64,000 bases of DNA, from sequence record PP355768.1. One strand, given 5' to 3'. Below, one piece after another: positions 30,295 to 43,048 of the stretch; position 1 is the stretch's first letter, and each line of letters starts with the position of its first letter. Made by a program: the position numbers and the translations under genes. The notes under the pieces are model-generated. The model saw nothing but the letters and a program-made list of their open reading frames with translations. It did no database searches and was not told the origin of the DNA.

Positions 30295-31575
30295 CGACAC
30301 CATGACTGGCGATTTAACTGTTCCTAATTTGCATGCTTCTGGGCCGGGAACTGCATCAGTATATGTTAATGCTGGAACAGGAAATGCTCATATATGGTTT
30401 AGAACAAACACCAATGAACGCGGTGTAATCTGGGCGACGCCTAATACCACAGACTTAGGCCAGATCAATATTCGTGCAAAAACTACTGGAGGCACTTCTG
30501 CTGGTGATTACAGTTTCCGCTCTGACGGCCGATTTGATGTTCCTGTAGCAGTTAAAGTTGGTGGAGCAGCAATGCTAACCAAAGACGGGAATATTACCTC
30601 TGGTTCGATGTTTGGTGGTAACCTTAACAACTATTTGACTTCTATTAAAAACGATATCGTTGCTGGCGATAATAAGCAAGTAAGCAAGACTGGTGATACC
30701 ATGACCGGTAACTTGACTATTAACGCTAACTTAAAAGTCGAAAATCCTAGTGGAACTTTTGTTGATTTAGGTTCAGAGAACTCAGACAAGTACAGCAGAT
30801 TGACCCTTGCACGTAAAGCTGGCTCTGGTGCTGCCGTAGCAATGCTTAAAGTTACTCCTGAAGGATACGTGCAATTTGGTTATCAAACCGCAGTTGCTAA
30901 TCCGTCTCCTACCAAGTACATCCGTGTTAAACCTGATGGTCTTGATGTAGAAGGGGATTTAGTTTTTAATCAGACATATCGCGGCACCGAAGAGGCAGTT
31001 GATATTTCTGATAAGACTGTTGACCTTAATAGCCTGGTTATTAAAAGAACCGACCCAGGTACTCGTCAGCTGTATAAATGTGTATCTTCTGGTGGTGGTT
31101 CTAAGATAACAAACAAACCTACATCTGATGGTAACTTTGTTCTTGAAGTTCTGTCTTTACGCAAGGTTTCTGATACCGATTGGTCATGTAGGCAGACCTT
31201 TACTACAAAGTTCGGTAATTTAGTTACAACCGATTTAACCGCAAACGGAAACGCTAGATTAGTCGGAAGACTGAACCTTGGTTCTACTTCCGCAACCGGT
31301 GTATTACGGGCTAATGAATCTGGCGCAGTTGTTTTAGGTTCTGCTAGTGGTCAAAACATCCACATCAGAGCAGGAAGCCCAGATACTTCTTCTGGTGAAA
31401 CCCGCTTTGAGCCAAATGGAAACGTTTTAGTTGGCGGAGTTCTGACGACTTCAGGAAGCTTGCAAGTAAATGGCGAAGCCACGATGGGCAGAAGCTTGAT
31501 CGTTTCTCAAAACATAAAGAATACTAACGATAATAGTTTTATTCTGATGGGAAAAGATTCGGATTTAGGTTTCGT
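30295..31575 (+). CDS. 37: Long tail fibre distal subunit (gp37-like) internal fragment(s), joined to tk start (MAQLYFN, 30270)
   Basis: GDTMTGNL repeats, RSDGRF. Confidence 0.8.
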
Positions 31576-31579
31576 TAAA

Positions 31580-31992
31580 AAATTATGCAAAAATCTCTTC
31601 AGGTTCGTCTTGCAAATGACAAGCCTGGTACTAACATGCATCCTGATGAATTGGCTCAAGCTGGTGATATCGTGCAGTGGTTGCGTAATCAAAAAGACTA
31701 CATTGATGACGAATTCCGCGAACTGCTGACGTCTCTTGGCGGTATGAGTAATGGCGAAAAGGCAGCTAGTGCTGTGTGGAAACCATGGAAAGCTGACCAC
31801 GTCAAGATGCAGGAAACCTATATCAAAGACCTGTCTGACAAAGACCAGCTTGAAATCAAGTTTGAAATGATTGATATCCTGCACTTTGTTCTGAATATGT
31901 TTATGGCGCTTGGTCTGGATTCTGAAGAAATCTTTAAGCTGTATTATCTGAAAAATGCCGAGAATTTTGCTCGCCAAGACAGTGGTTACTGA
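31580..31992 (+). CDS. 56: dCTPase/dUTPase gp56, C-terminal fragment
   Basis: DDEFRELL, VWKPWK, FEMIDILHF, KNAENFARQ. Confidence 0.93.
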
Positions 31993-32159
31993 TGGCTAAA
32001 AGAATATCTAAGCGTCGTTTAAAAATTATCAGAAAACAAAAAGAAAGGGCCTTAGTATTGGCCCTTCGAGAAGAAATCACTCGAGAAATTGATAAAGAAA
32101 TATTAAAGGCACTTACAGCAGCTATATAAATACTCCTGTAAACTAAATAGGAGATTAAA

Positions 32160-32387
32160 ATGGCTTACGTAAACATCAAAACTTTTGACCATACAACTGC
32201 TGATGGTGAAGTTAAAGGTACAGAAGTATCTGTAGCTTTTAAGGTGTATTCTGATTCACATCGCATTGCTAACGCACAGTATCAGATTTTCCCATCTGAA
32301 AAAGCTGCTTATTCAACAGTAGTTGATGATGCTGCAACTTGGGCAACCACCAACGCGAAAATGTTTGAAGCTAGTGCAGAAGTATAA
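32160..32387 (+). CDS. soc: Small outer capsid protein Soc
   Basis: YVNIKTF, FPSEKAAYSTV; late promoter TATAAATA 32125; terminator 32393-32417. Confidence 0.92.
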   Translation: MAYVNIKTFDHTTADGEVKGTEVSVAFKVYSDSHRIANAQYQIFPSEKAAYSTVVDDAATWATTNAKMFEASAEV

Positions 32388-32465
32388 AAATTAAGGACTC
32401 CTCCGGGAGTCCTTTTATGCTATACTGGGAATAGTATATTATTCCTACTAACTGAGGAGAACAAA

Positions 32466-32657
32466 ATGATATGTTATACTAAGCCCTGGTATCAATCACC
32501 ATTAAAGAAGTCTCATTTTGATTGTTGGTACAGAGGTGTAAGAGCTGCAGCGTTATTACTAAAAGCTGCGCCTGCTTTAATTAAAGCAAATGATAAATGG
32601 TTTGAAGACAACAACATGACTGAAGGAGCTATGTGTGGCAAACGCAAAAATCTATAA
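32466..32657 (+). CDS. Hypothetical protein (63 aa)
   Basis: CTGAGGAGAA SD; early-type leader. Confidence 0.65.
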   Translation: MICYTKPWYQSPLKKSHFDCWYRGVRAAALLLKAAPALIKANDKWFEDNNMTEGAMCGKRKNL

Positions 32658-32679
32658 AGTAAGTTTACACTATATACCA

Positions 32680-33085
32680 TCCATCCAAATCCAGCATCAG
32701 TTCTGTTATATGGCGCAGAGTTAGCAACAACAATATCACCAATTAGAAATGTGCGCGGGTTAGGATATCTTGTATCACCCCAGTCTCTTCTTGGAACAAC
32801 ACAGTCAAGCATAGATGATTCAATTTTGACCGCGCCCATCATATTTGTCCAAACATCAACCACACCGTCTTCATTATCGGCCGGGTATGGAGGTGCAAAT
32901 CCAGGTTCAGATTCGTTATCTGACCATGGAGTGCTTTTACCAAATGAAACATACAACGTGTTTTGGTCCGTTCCCGGACCAATTGATTTATAAAATGTGT
33001 ACATCTTTTCAGTTCTAAACTTAGATGTAATGATAGCACGATAAATCGTGCTACGCGTTGAACTTGCTCTTGTTGAATTACTCAT
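32680..33085 (-). CDS. 8: Baseplate wedge gp8, N-terminal fragment
   Basis: IYRAIITSKFRTEKM, PRRDWGD, APYNRTD. Confidence 0.92.
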
Positions 33086-33850
33086 CAATTTTTACCTGTG
33101 TCGGATTTTCAGGATCGCGAGGATTACCTGCATCGTCTTTAAGACGTTGGTTAACTAAATCGCGATAATTAGCAAACGTTACTGCTGATTGGTCAAACGT
33201 AGGACTTAACGGTTTACGTCGTTGTCCAGGGTTTTGTCCAGCGATAACACTATTGTTATTTTCTTGATTATAGTTAGCAGGTAACGGGAAAGGTTCACCA
33301 GCTTGAGCACGTGAAGAATACCTAGGCTCATTAGTTATTGGGTCTCTTTCTATTGTATCATCTGAAGCGATAATAGCAACTCTATCAGGATAAACTGATG
33401 GCAGTCCTGCATCCCATTTATAGTTCTTGAGTTTATTTATGATAGTCTCAACATGCTTCATATTTAAGCCACTATTGATAAACATTGTCAGCAATGTTAT
33501 ACCAATGAAACCGAAACCTACCGGATGAACAAACCTTAATACATCGTCGCGGAACCGAGAAGTAGGAAGCTGAGACTTAATTTTCATAACATAGTAAGAA
33601 CGGCTGCGGTTTATATAATCAATGTTATTACTCAGCATATCCTTTCCGCGAACCCCTTGAACTATAATGCCTTCAAAGTCAGTACGCTCTGATTTAATTT
33701 CCTGGCCTTCAATGAACCGTCCTGATAAGTTATGAATAGTAATACGCCACAACAGACGACCATCCCGGTATTCTCTCTCGATATAAGTCACATTACTACG
33801 ACCGGAAGCAGTATAAATCGTACGACCAACTAAATCGTCAGAAATATTTG
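33078..33850 (-). CDS. 7: Baseplate wedge gp7, C-terminal fragment
   Basis: LRFVHPVGFGFIGITLL, RDPENPTQVKIDE*. Confidence 0.9.
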
Positions 33851-33854
33851 TGTA

Positions 33855-33957
33855 AATGGAAGAGCGAGTCTTGTTCTAAAGATTGTGATTCTTTAGGACG
33901 TTCAGCAGGTGAAGAATATGCTAACCGCATGAGGATACAACTCGATAATGAAGTTCA
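33855..33957 (+). CDS. rI: Antiholin RI-like C-terminal fragment
   Basis: CSKDCDSLGRSAGEEYANRM, directly before rI.-1. Confidence 0.5.
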
Positions 33958-34334
33958 ATGATTTTGTAAAGGACGGTAAACTTACTCCGCAAGATGAATT
34001 CATCGGTTTACTTATGGCGTCTCAGGCGTATTTTCATTCAGCGCATTTTGATACCAAATCGTATGCCAGACATAAAGCGTATGAAGTTTTCTTTAACGAG
34101 ATTCCAGATTTGATAGATGCTTTTGGTGAGCAGTGGTTAGGATTCTCAGGTAAGAGTTATACACCGGCTTTACCATCGCAGAAAGAGCTGCCAAAGGACA
34201 CCATTGAAATGCTAGACCTCATTCTGGCTAAGGCCGATGGTATCTACAAGTCAGTTCCTGCCGCCCTCCAAAGTGTTCTGGATGACATTACAGGTCTATG
34301 CTACAAGACTAAGTATTTGTTATCATTGCAGTAA
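33948..34334 (+). CDS. rI.-1: rI.-1-like ferritin/Dps-fold protein
   Basis: QAYFHSAHFDTKSYARHKAYE. Confidence 0.88.
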   Translation: MKFNDFVKDGKLTPQDEFIGLLMASQAYFHSAHFDTKSYARHKAYEVFFNEIPDLIDAFGEQWLGFSGKSYTPALPSQKELPKDTIEMLDLILAKADGIYKSVPAALQSVLDDITGLCYKTKYLLSLQ

Positions 34335-34377
34335 TACCCTCCGCCTCCTTCGGGAGGCATTTTCTTTTCAAAAAGTT

Positions 34378-34406
34378 GTTTACTTCCCTTCATTACATGA
34401 TACTAT
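34378..34406 (+). promoter_or_regulatory. T4 early promoter (after terminator 34343-34358)
   Basis: GTTTAC-17-TACTAT with upstream A tract. Confidence 0.85.
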
Positions 34407-34438
34407 AGACATATCAACAACCAAACGAGAAAAACATT

Positions 34439-34755
34439 ATGATTAAGTTAACTACCGAGCTTCAACCTGGAAAAATCTTTTATCACGTGTGTGGTGTTAA
34501 TCGCACAGAAACTAAAAGCGGCGAAATAACACGTTACATTGTTGCTTCAGGCACATATGATGTAGAACTTGGTCTTCGTGGTGTATATTCACGTAAATCT
34601 CCTTTCTTCCAAGTGATTTGTGAATATGAAAACTATGCTGGCCAAACTGAAAGTTATTCAACTGAGCGTTCTGCACATGATATGGGCGTATTCAAGCCAG
34701 GTGAAAAACGTTCGGTTCATAATCTTAATCGTGGGTTTTGGACGCGTGAAGAACT
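34439..34755 (+). CDS. Hypothetical early protein (truncated)
   Basis: ORF behind early promoter. Confidence 0.65.
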
Positions 34756-34759
34756 GCAA

Positions 34760-35286
34760 GAAGATTTATGTTTCTTTAAGAAATTAGCTTTCTCTAGGAC
34801 ATCTGACGCATAAGAGTTTCCCCTTTTGACATTCCATCCTGCATTATAACTAGCAAGAGCTTTTCGCATATTGCCGTTATGTATATTTAACCAGTATGAA
34901 AGCTCAATATATGCCCACTCCGCAGAATTCCGTCTGGATTTAAGCATTTTTCTTATTTCAGAATCACTAAGGTTTTTGCCTTCTAATTTAGCTCTGGCCT
35001 TAACCGTAGGTAAGTAATTTTGAAATACCCCATAAGAATGATGCCCCTTTCCTGCTTTTAAATTGGCTCCTGCCGAAGATTCTTTCCATGATATAGCAGC
35101 CATTATATATCCTAAGCCGTTATTATCGTATCGGTTATGCGGAGATTTTTCCTTTCCGGATTTTTGATATTGTTCACCAAAATTATATGCGTAATGCAAG
35201 TTGTCAAGTTGAACATTACTGAAAGTTGGCTCAGACCCAAAGGCCGTTGAACATAAGGCCATTAGACCGATAAGCGCTTTTTTCAT
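34760..35286 (-). CDS. vs.1: Vs.1 SLT-like lytic transglycosylase
   Basis: WKESSAG, YGVFQNY, ALASYNAGWN. Confidence 0.9.
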
Positions 35287-35293
35287 GTTTACC

Positions 35294-35590
35294 TCAATTA
35301 ATGTGTATAACTTTTGTGCTGATTTTACCTTTCAAACGTTTATCATTAACGAATGCCATACGACACTTTATGCTAGGTCCTTTTCCTGGTCTTGGAATAT
35401 CCATGGTAAATCCTAGCCACAGATTTCCATCCGTAATTTCTAACCGCATGGGTTTATACTCGATATTTTCATCAATGTCTTTTGGGTCAATTGGAAGCCA
35501 AGGCATTGCTAAAAATTCATTAATTTCTTTAAGATGATTAGGAATTTTGGAAAGAACAGAGAATACATACTCTTCATCAATTTCACGTAA
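35294..35590 (-). CDS. regB: RegB endoribonuclease, C-terminal fragment
   Basis: REIDEEYVF, RLEITDGNLWLGFT, CRMA. Confidence 0.9.
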   Translation of the reverse strand, partial: LREIDEEYVFSVLSKIPNHLKEINEFLAMPWLPIDPKDIDENIEYKPMRLEITDGNLWLGFTMDIPRPGKGPSIKCRMAFVNDKRLKGKISTKVIHIN

Positions 35591-35603
35591 CAAGATAATT
35601 ATA

Positions 35604-36053
35604 TTACTGATTATTTATAGCATTTCTCAAACGATAGAGTTGATTACAGAATTCACGCTCAGTCAAAATCGTTTCAGAAATTTTATTTTTGCCCATGCTG
35701 TGAGTGAGCGTAGCATTCCGGGTAGCAGCCAAAGCTTTTCTGAATCCTTCATTTTTACTAAGTGCATCGTATGCTCCTGTTAGTAAATTCTGATACGCTT
35801 CTGAGGCACGGTGAATAGGAACACCTTTCCAATAAAGGGTTTGTGTTGGCCACCAACGTTTCTTCTTACCTTTAAACTTAGCGGACTTTCCGACTAGTGT
35901 ACATACATGTGCTTGCATTTCAGGCGAAGAAAATTTGAGGGATTGCAAGAATCCCTCCATTGATGCACATTCTACGCCATCATAGATAAATTTATGAGGA
36001 GCGAAATTACTCAAAGCACATGATGGATATGAACTACCTGAACCAATATCCAT
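35604..36053 (-). CDS. 30.3: NADAR-family protein (T4 30.3-like)
   Basis: LSNFAPH, SMEGFLQSLKF, TLYWKG. Confidence 0.88.
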   Translation of the reverse strand: MDIGSGSSYPSCALSNFAPHKFIYDGVECASMEGFLQSLKFSSPEMQAHVCTLVGKSAKFKGKKKRWWPTQTLYWKGVPIHRASEAYQNLLTGAYDALSKNEGFRKALAATRNATLTHSMGKNKISETILTEREFCNQLYRLRNAINNQ

Positions 36054-36475
36054 TACTTTTCCTTCACGTATTTCAACCAATCAACTTTTAATGGGCTTTC
36101 TTTCTGATTATACGTAATTCCAACATGGAATGCAACTGGAGCATCAGGAATACGAATTTCTTCTTCAATGTTGAAGATTTCTACTTTCTCAAATACTCGC
36201 ATGAAATCATAGTCATATTCAATTGGATTACCCAACCAAGCCTGAATAGCATACATAACTTCATTTGAACAAGAATAGTGGTTATCTAAATAAGCATCAA
36301 ACTCTTCGTCTGTGCAATCATATGCAGGAACATCAACGCCAAAGAATTTCTTGGAAAATTCAGGAGTTACATACTTCTGTTCAGTGTGAAGTCTTTCAAG
36401 AACTGCTTCATGATTATAATCAGCATTTCCCATATACACACGATCAGCATCGTTTTCCCAAGTGGTAATTGCCAT
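36053..36475 (-). CDS. Hypothetical acidic protein
   Basis: 140-aa ORF coupled to NADAR gene. Confidence 0.65.
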   Translation of the reverse strand: MAITTWENDADRVYMGNADYNHEAVLERLHTEQKYVTPEFSKKFFGVDVPAYDCTDEEFDAYLDNHYSCSNEVMYAIQAWLGNPIEYDYDFMRVFEKVEIFNIEEEIRIPDAPVAFHVGITYNQKESPLKVDWLKYVKEK

Positions 36476-36529
36476 TGCTAAGCCTTTAGGAATAACTTGT
36501 CCAAATTTAAGTAACTCTAAAAAATCGCA

Positions 36530-37083
36530 TTGAATACACTAACTATGATGAACCAAATCAGAAAAATATGCGTCCTGTCGCTGACGATATTATGATTAAA
36601 GTCAATAATATTGCAGCATTTTTTGACGTAATTTATCCGATTGGCACGATTTATGAAAACGCTCACAACCACGCAAACCCTGCTGACTATATGGGATTTG
36701 GGGTGTGGAAGCTTTATTCACAAGGCCGTGTTACTGCTGGTTGGAATAATGATTCATCTGATCCTTATTTTTCGCGTAACAACAATAACTTAAACGAAAA
36801 CGGACAACCATCGTTAACAGCAGGTGGAACGGTTGGTGATTTGACGTTTACATTAGGAAAAGAACACATTCCTGAGTTAATGTCAAGGGACAAAGTTCTA
36901 ATTTCAGACCCTGAACATGGCAGCGTAGTTATTGGCGGATGTCAATTAGACCCAGACGCACAAGGTCCAGGTTATTCTAAATACCGTGAAGACACTGTTG
37001 CAGTAAACAATGGTGTAGTTCCAAATGACATCACTAAAATTCAGCCAACAATCACCGTTTATCGTTGGATTAGGGTAGGTTAA
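36530..37083 (+). CDS. 10: Baseplate gp10, C-terminal fragment
   Basis: YPIGTIYEN, GGCQLDPD, IQPTITVYRWIRVG*. Confidence 0.92.
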
Positions 37084-37084
37084 A

Positions 37085-37618
37085 ATGACTATTGAAACTA
37101 AAACTCGTGAAGGAGCTAAAGTTAATTCAAGATTAACTGCTTTTTCAGAATATCGTGTAGACCCGCAGAATATCGCGGTGGGAAATAAGGCTCCTATAGG
37201 GAGCCTAACCTTTGAACAAATGGATTTAGGAGTTTGGTATCCAAATACTGAAGCTGCTATTAATGATTTGATGTCATTACAGTCAGCAGAAATTGGAACT
37301 ATTATTTGTAATGACACCGGAATATCTCCACAACCAGCACAGCAAATTACACGCGCTACTTTTTCAGGCGTAGTTTCGTTAGAACCTAAAGAAGACGGCT
37401 CTGTCGGTGACCCAGTAATAATTCATATTCTTGGCTTACCAATTAGAATTGCGAATGGTGATGACTTTGCTGCAGTAGCTACCAGGTGGTATGATAAAGT
37501 AAAAGAATTAGAAGCTGTTGGAAAAGTGGTTCAACAAGTTACTCAATCACCTGCAACTCCTCAATATGTTGATATTATTCATTTAGATTATCAGAACCAT
37601 AATTTTGAAACATATAAA
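37085..37618 (+). CDS. 11: Baseplate gp11, truncated
   Basis: Follows gp10; KTREGAKVNSR. Confidence 0.85.
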
Positions 37619-37636
37619 AATATTAGGAATTCAAAA

Positions 37637-38829
<1,193 letters not shown>

Positions 38830-38830
<1 letters not shown>

Positions 38831-39553
38831 AATAAATTTTTCATCTTTAAAATTTCTTATCATTGACGCATAATCTACATCTGGATATCCAATATTATAA
38901 ACTTCTTTTCTGAAAGCCTTTCTACCTGGGCAATTTAGCCATTTCCATATATCAAAAAGCTCATCATAATAATTCCAATGCGGATACTTCCGCTGCGAGA
39001 TTTTCTGCCCTTTTGACATTTTAAGTTTGGTTTCTTTAGATACAGTGTGTCCAATTTTTGCTAAACTTAAATTTTTACGATGTGATTTTGTAAAAATTTT
39101 TATTTTCCCAGATTCACTCATTTTCTTTCTAGTTTCAAGTGAAACGAAAGATTTAGAATGCTTAATAGCTTGTACATGAGTAATAGAAAGTTTTCTACCA
39201 GAAAGAGAATCACTTATTTTATTTTTATGTAAATCGGAAAGTTTTCGTTCTTTCATAGCGTTGCTAAATTTTAATTTAGCACTTTGATATCCGTGCGAAG
39301 ATACATATCTATTGGTATTATTTCCATTGCACATTTTCCAAAACGCGAATATCATTTTATTACTATCATAAACCTTAGTCAATAACCAATGAGCAATGAA
39401 ATGCTCTCTAGCTGTTAATTTAACTAAATTTGATTTTAAATCAGTTCCTCCTAAAGATTTTGGAATAACATGATGTATTTCTGTATATCCAGATAAATCT
39501 GAGCGGGTTTTTGCCCGCTCAATAAGTTGAAAATAGATTTTTCTATAATTCAA
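38830..39553 (-). mobile_element. HNH homing endonuclease (Mob-like) with NUMOD3-type repeats, directly downstream of regA
   Basis: EIHHVIPKSLGGTD..NLVKLTAREHFIAH; HxxETKxKMS repeats. Confidence 0.88.
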
Positions 39554-39835
39554 TTAACACCCTATCGTATATTTGGATTTAAGAGTCCATTCATTCTTGC
39601 TTTTGAATGAAATAACTCTAAAATTATTCTGCATTTCATGTAGAGTTTGCCCTCTATTGATGATAAGCAATCCCCACTGTTCCAGTAATTGGGCAATAGA
39701 ATCACGGCGAGCAATGTCTTCTAAATCAATTGTTACTGGACGTCCATCAAGTTTAAGCATCTCTTTGAAGTGGACAATATAGTATCGTCCTTGTTTCTGA
39801 AGAATATGACATGATTGATAAATATATATTAATAG
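39554..39835 (-). CDS. regA: Translational repressor RegA (allele 1, N-terminus missing)
   Basis: YQSCHILQKQGRYYIVHFKEML. Confidence 0.93.
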   Translation of the reverse strand, partial: LLIYIYQSCHILQKQGRYYIVHFKEMLKLDGRPVTIDLEDIARRDSIAQLLEQWGLLIINRGQTLHEMQNNFRVISFKSKNEWTLKSKYTIGC

Positions 39836-40043
39836 CAAAGGCCTGACCAAACTTAGCATTTAAAGTAGTTCCAGTAGGGCTAGCTTTAAAAGTTTTCCAT
39901 GCACCTGCTGCGAATGGAACTGAACCATCACCTAACTCTGAATATAAATCATCAAAGTTGTTATTAATTTTAAGACCACCTTTACGGAGGTAATCACCAG
40001 ACCCATCATCTACTGATTGGCCTACTATCAAATTTTGTTTCAT
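39835..40043 (-). CDS. 10: Baseplate gp10, N-terminal fragment
   Basis: MKQNLIVGQSVDDGSGDYLRKGG. Confidence 0.9.
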
Positions 40044-40630
40044 TATTGAGATACCCCTACGGTCTGTGTAGCAATAACTTTAACTGCCAAACGTGCGTTT
40101 CCATAAGATGTTGAAGCTGTGCATATTAAATCTTTCTGCGCGTTAATAGAGTATGAAATAGAATACATCTTTTCATTTTCAGATGATTCACCGCTTCTTA
40201 ACACTGCATATTCAGTGTCAAATACTCTTCCGTTTGGCGCTGATGAAGTAATAGTCGGGTCAATCATAAGCATGACTTCAGATGATTGCCTTTTGATGGT
40301 TTGACCACCTGGATTTGCGCTGAAGCTTAATAACAATTTAACAGTAGAGTAATCATCGTTATATCCAAGCCGAATATTAATAGGAGAACTCGTTAAATTA
40401 TATGTAGCTTCTAACGGCGAATATGTGCTGCCAAACATACTTGAAATTGAATAATCCCAAACTGCAGCACCGTTAGCTTTGACTTCAACACACCACAATT
40501 CAATTCTACATCTTGGCGTGTTGATAATCAACTCTCGCGATCCATCTTTAAATGCATCTGCTACACCTTCGCCGTTTGTTGTTATTTTTATGGGTCTAGC
40601 TTTTGATGCTGAGCCATTACTATTTGGTGT
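40043..40630 (-). CDS. 9: Baseplate gp9, C-terminal fragment
   Basis: RIELWC..WDYSISSMFG; upstream of gp10. Confidence 0.85.
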   Translation of the reverse strand, partial: TPNSNGSASKARPIKITTNGEGVADAFKDGSRELIINTPRCRIELWCVEVKANGAAVWDYSISSMFGSTYSPLEATYNLTSSPINIRLGYNDDYSTVKLLLSFSANPGGQTIKRQSSEVMLMIDPTITSSAPNGRVFDTEYAVLRSGESSENEKMYSISYSINAQKDLICTASTSYGNARLAVKVIATQTVGVSQ

Positions 40631-41400
40631 TTGGGTATTCAAAGATGATATTACAGTTGACGGTGTAGCTGCTAAAATTGAAGTTGTTGAATCCGTTGAT
40701 GAAATGAAAGAGCGTATCAAGAAACGCTTTAACGTCATGGGATTAATGACTAACGGCTTAGTTCATGGGAATATTCGTTCTCTGATTATTTCCGGAGCAG
40801 CAGGTATCGGTAAGACTTACTCTTTGGATAAAGCATTACAACATGCTCATGATACTAACGCTATTGATTACAAATCAGTGAACGGTAAAATCTCAGGAAT
40901 TGGTTTATACTGCCGTCTTTGGGAATCACGTGAAGCAAATTCAGTTCTGCTCATTGATGATGTAGATGTATTCTCTGATATGGACATTCTTAACCTTCTG
41001 AAAGCTGCTTTGGATTCAGGAGAGAAACGTAAAGTATGCTGGAGTACTGCATCTTCTTTCTTGGAGGATAAAGGAATTCCTAATGAGTTTGAGTTTGAAG
41101 GTACTGTAGTCTTTATCACTAACGTTGATATTGACCGTGAATTAGAGCGCGGTTCTAAACTTGCTCCACATCTTCAAGCTCTGGTATCACGTTCGGTTTA
41201 TCTTGACCTTGGTGTTCACACTAATGAAGAGATTATGGTCCGAGTTCAAGATGTAATAATGACTACTTCTATGTTACAGAACCGTGGGTTAAGAAATTCC
41301 GAAGTTATTGAAGTTTTGGAATTTATGAAAGATAACGTAAACCGTCTGCGTAACGTATCTCTCCGTACCGCACTTTATATTGGTGATTTCGTCGCGACTG
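40630..41400 (+). CDS. nrdC.10: AAA ATPase, T4 NrdC.10-like fragment
   Basis: SGAAGIGKT Walker A, LLIDDVD Walker B, SRSVYLDLGVH. Confidence 0.9.
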
Positions 41401-41402
41401 AC

Positions 41403-41735
41403 CGTAAAATTAACGTTCGTCGTCTGTTTAACATGCTGAAGAACAACATCGGTGATTCTTCTAAGTGGCAGCTGTTCGAGTTAAACGATAACTTTACCCG
41501 TTCTTCTTTCCGTATGGAAACAAGCCAATACTTGGCGGGTATTAAAGCTCTGGGTGGTGTATATGACTTCCGAGTTGTATGTGATACCACGAATAACACT
41601 CCAGCAGTTATCGACCGCAACGAGTTTGTAGCGAGCTTCTACATCAAGCCGGCACGTTCAATTAACTATATCACTCTGAACTTCGTTGCTACGGAAACTG
41701 GCGCAGATTTTGATGAGTTAATCGGACCACAGTAA
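41403..41735 (+). CDS. 18: Tail sheath gp18, C-terminal fragment
   Basis: KINVRRLFNMLK, IKPARSINYITLNF. Confidence 0.95.
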   Translation, partial: RKINVRRLFNMLKNNIGDSSKWQLFELNDNFTRSSFRMETSQYLAGIKALGGVYDFRVVCDTTNNTPAVIDRNEFVASFYIKPARSINYITLNFVATETGADFDELIGPQ

Positions 41736-41862
41736 TATGAACCCCAGGACATTCTGGGGTCATCTAACCTTTAGATGATAAATTATATTACCGCACACTT
41801 TAATAGCCTCTACGATGATGTAGTCAATCGAGAGGCTATATAAATATCTATAGGAAACAACG

Positions 41863-42218
41863 ATGGAATTAACAGACATCACTCGTGCGTTTGAATCTGG
41901 TGACTTTGCACGTCCTAACCTGTTTGAGGTAGAAATTCCTTATCTGGGTCGTAACTTCAGTTTCAAATGTAAAGCAGCACCGATGCCGGCAGGTATCGTA
42001 GAAAAAGTTCCAGTCGGGTACATGAACCGTAAGATTAACGTCGCCGGTGACCGTACTTATGACGACTGGACTGTTACCATCTATAACGATGATAAACATG
42101 AAGTACGTAAGGCAATTATTGCTTGGCAGGCTCAGGCCCACGCCCAAGGCAATGATATCTCTGGTATGACTCCAGCTGATTACAAAAAGGTTGCTACTGT
42201 ACGCCAGTTTAGTCGTGA
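41863..42218 (+). CDS. 19: Tail tube gp19, N-terminal fragment
   Basis: FESGDFARPNLF, AGDRTYDDW; late promoter 41839-41846. Confidence 0.95.
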
Positions 42219-42343
42219 TTTGTGCACAAATTTTCAAATAATTTTAGGGAATCTGGAAGGACTTTATGGAGGGTAGAATGGATTTATACAGCTTGGTATA
42301 TAGAAATGCCCAGACGACCTCTAGAAGGCATCTGGGCTATAAA

Positions 42344-42877
42344 TTACAGTTTCTTATAATGGCGACCAACATCACCAACGTAGTGTGTCAGTTGCTTCAA
42401 ACGATTACCGAAATCTTCTGTTTTAGAACTAGTGCTTAAACCATACAGTACTGCATATAAATCAGGGGTATCACGTACGTTAACTTTAGATGCGATTGAC
42501 GGGTCAACAGATGCAACTACTTTTGCATGGAGTTTAGCAGATAATGCCGCAGCTTTTTCGTATGCAGTGTGAACATCATCCCATGCTTTATTCAGTGCTT
42601 TAACATCAGCGTCGCTAAGAACAGATGACTTTTTAGCAGCTTTAGGTTTAGCAGTGCCTGACTTTGGTTTAGTAAAAATTTCACCAGTTACAACCATTGA
42701 TTTCCATGCGTTTGTAACATCGTTGCCGCGGAATCCAAGTTCTTTCATATCACGTGCGAATTGGAATCGTGATTCATCGGAAGTATCTTTGTATGAGTAT
42801 TTTCCAGCTTCCATAGCTGATATAGCCGCAGCTTTAACATCAGAAGAAGCTTCTATTAAAAATTCTTTAAATTTCAT
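42344..42877 (-). CDS. Internal head protein-like (capsid targeting sequence)
   Basis: MKFKEFLIEA N-terminus, late promoter at 42913-42920, Lys/Ala rich. Confidence 0.65.
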   Translation of the reverse strand: MKFKEFLIEASSDVKAAAISAMEAGKYSYKDTSDESRFQFARDMKELGFRGNDVTNAWKSMVVTGEIFTKPKSGTAKPKAAKKSSVLSDADVKALNKAWDDVHTAYEKAAALSAKLHAKVVASVDPSIASKVNVRDTPDLYAVLYGLSTSSKTEDFGNRLKQLTHYVGDVGRHYKKL

Positions 42878-42940
42878 TATAATTCCCTAAGTAATAGTGT
42901 CGATTGCTATACTATTTATACTAAAAAGCCCCGTCCGAAG

Positions 42941-43001
42941 ACGGCTATTATAGGTGACTTCCACTCACTTGATAAGGGTTCGATTCCCTTTGGATGCTCC
43001 A
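42941..43001 (+). tRNA. tRNA-Gly(TCC) 3' fragment
   Basis: Loop CTTCCAC, T arm, TGGATGC-TCCA. Confidence 0.88.
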
Positions 43002-43048
43002 AATTGTGACTCGTCGAGAGACGCTCGGTTCTTTTAATAGGAACTGAT

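Noticed and set aside
40479-41735. AAA ATPase-tail sheath fusion
   Set aside because: NrdC.10 and gp18 pieces joined at a junction
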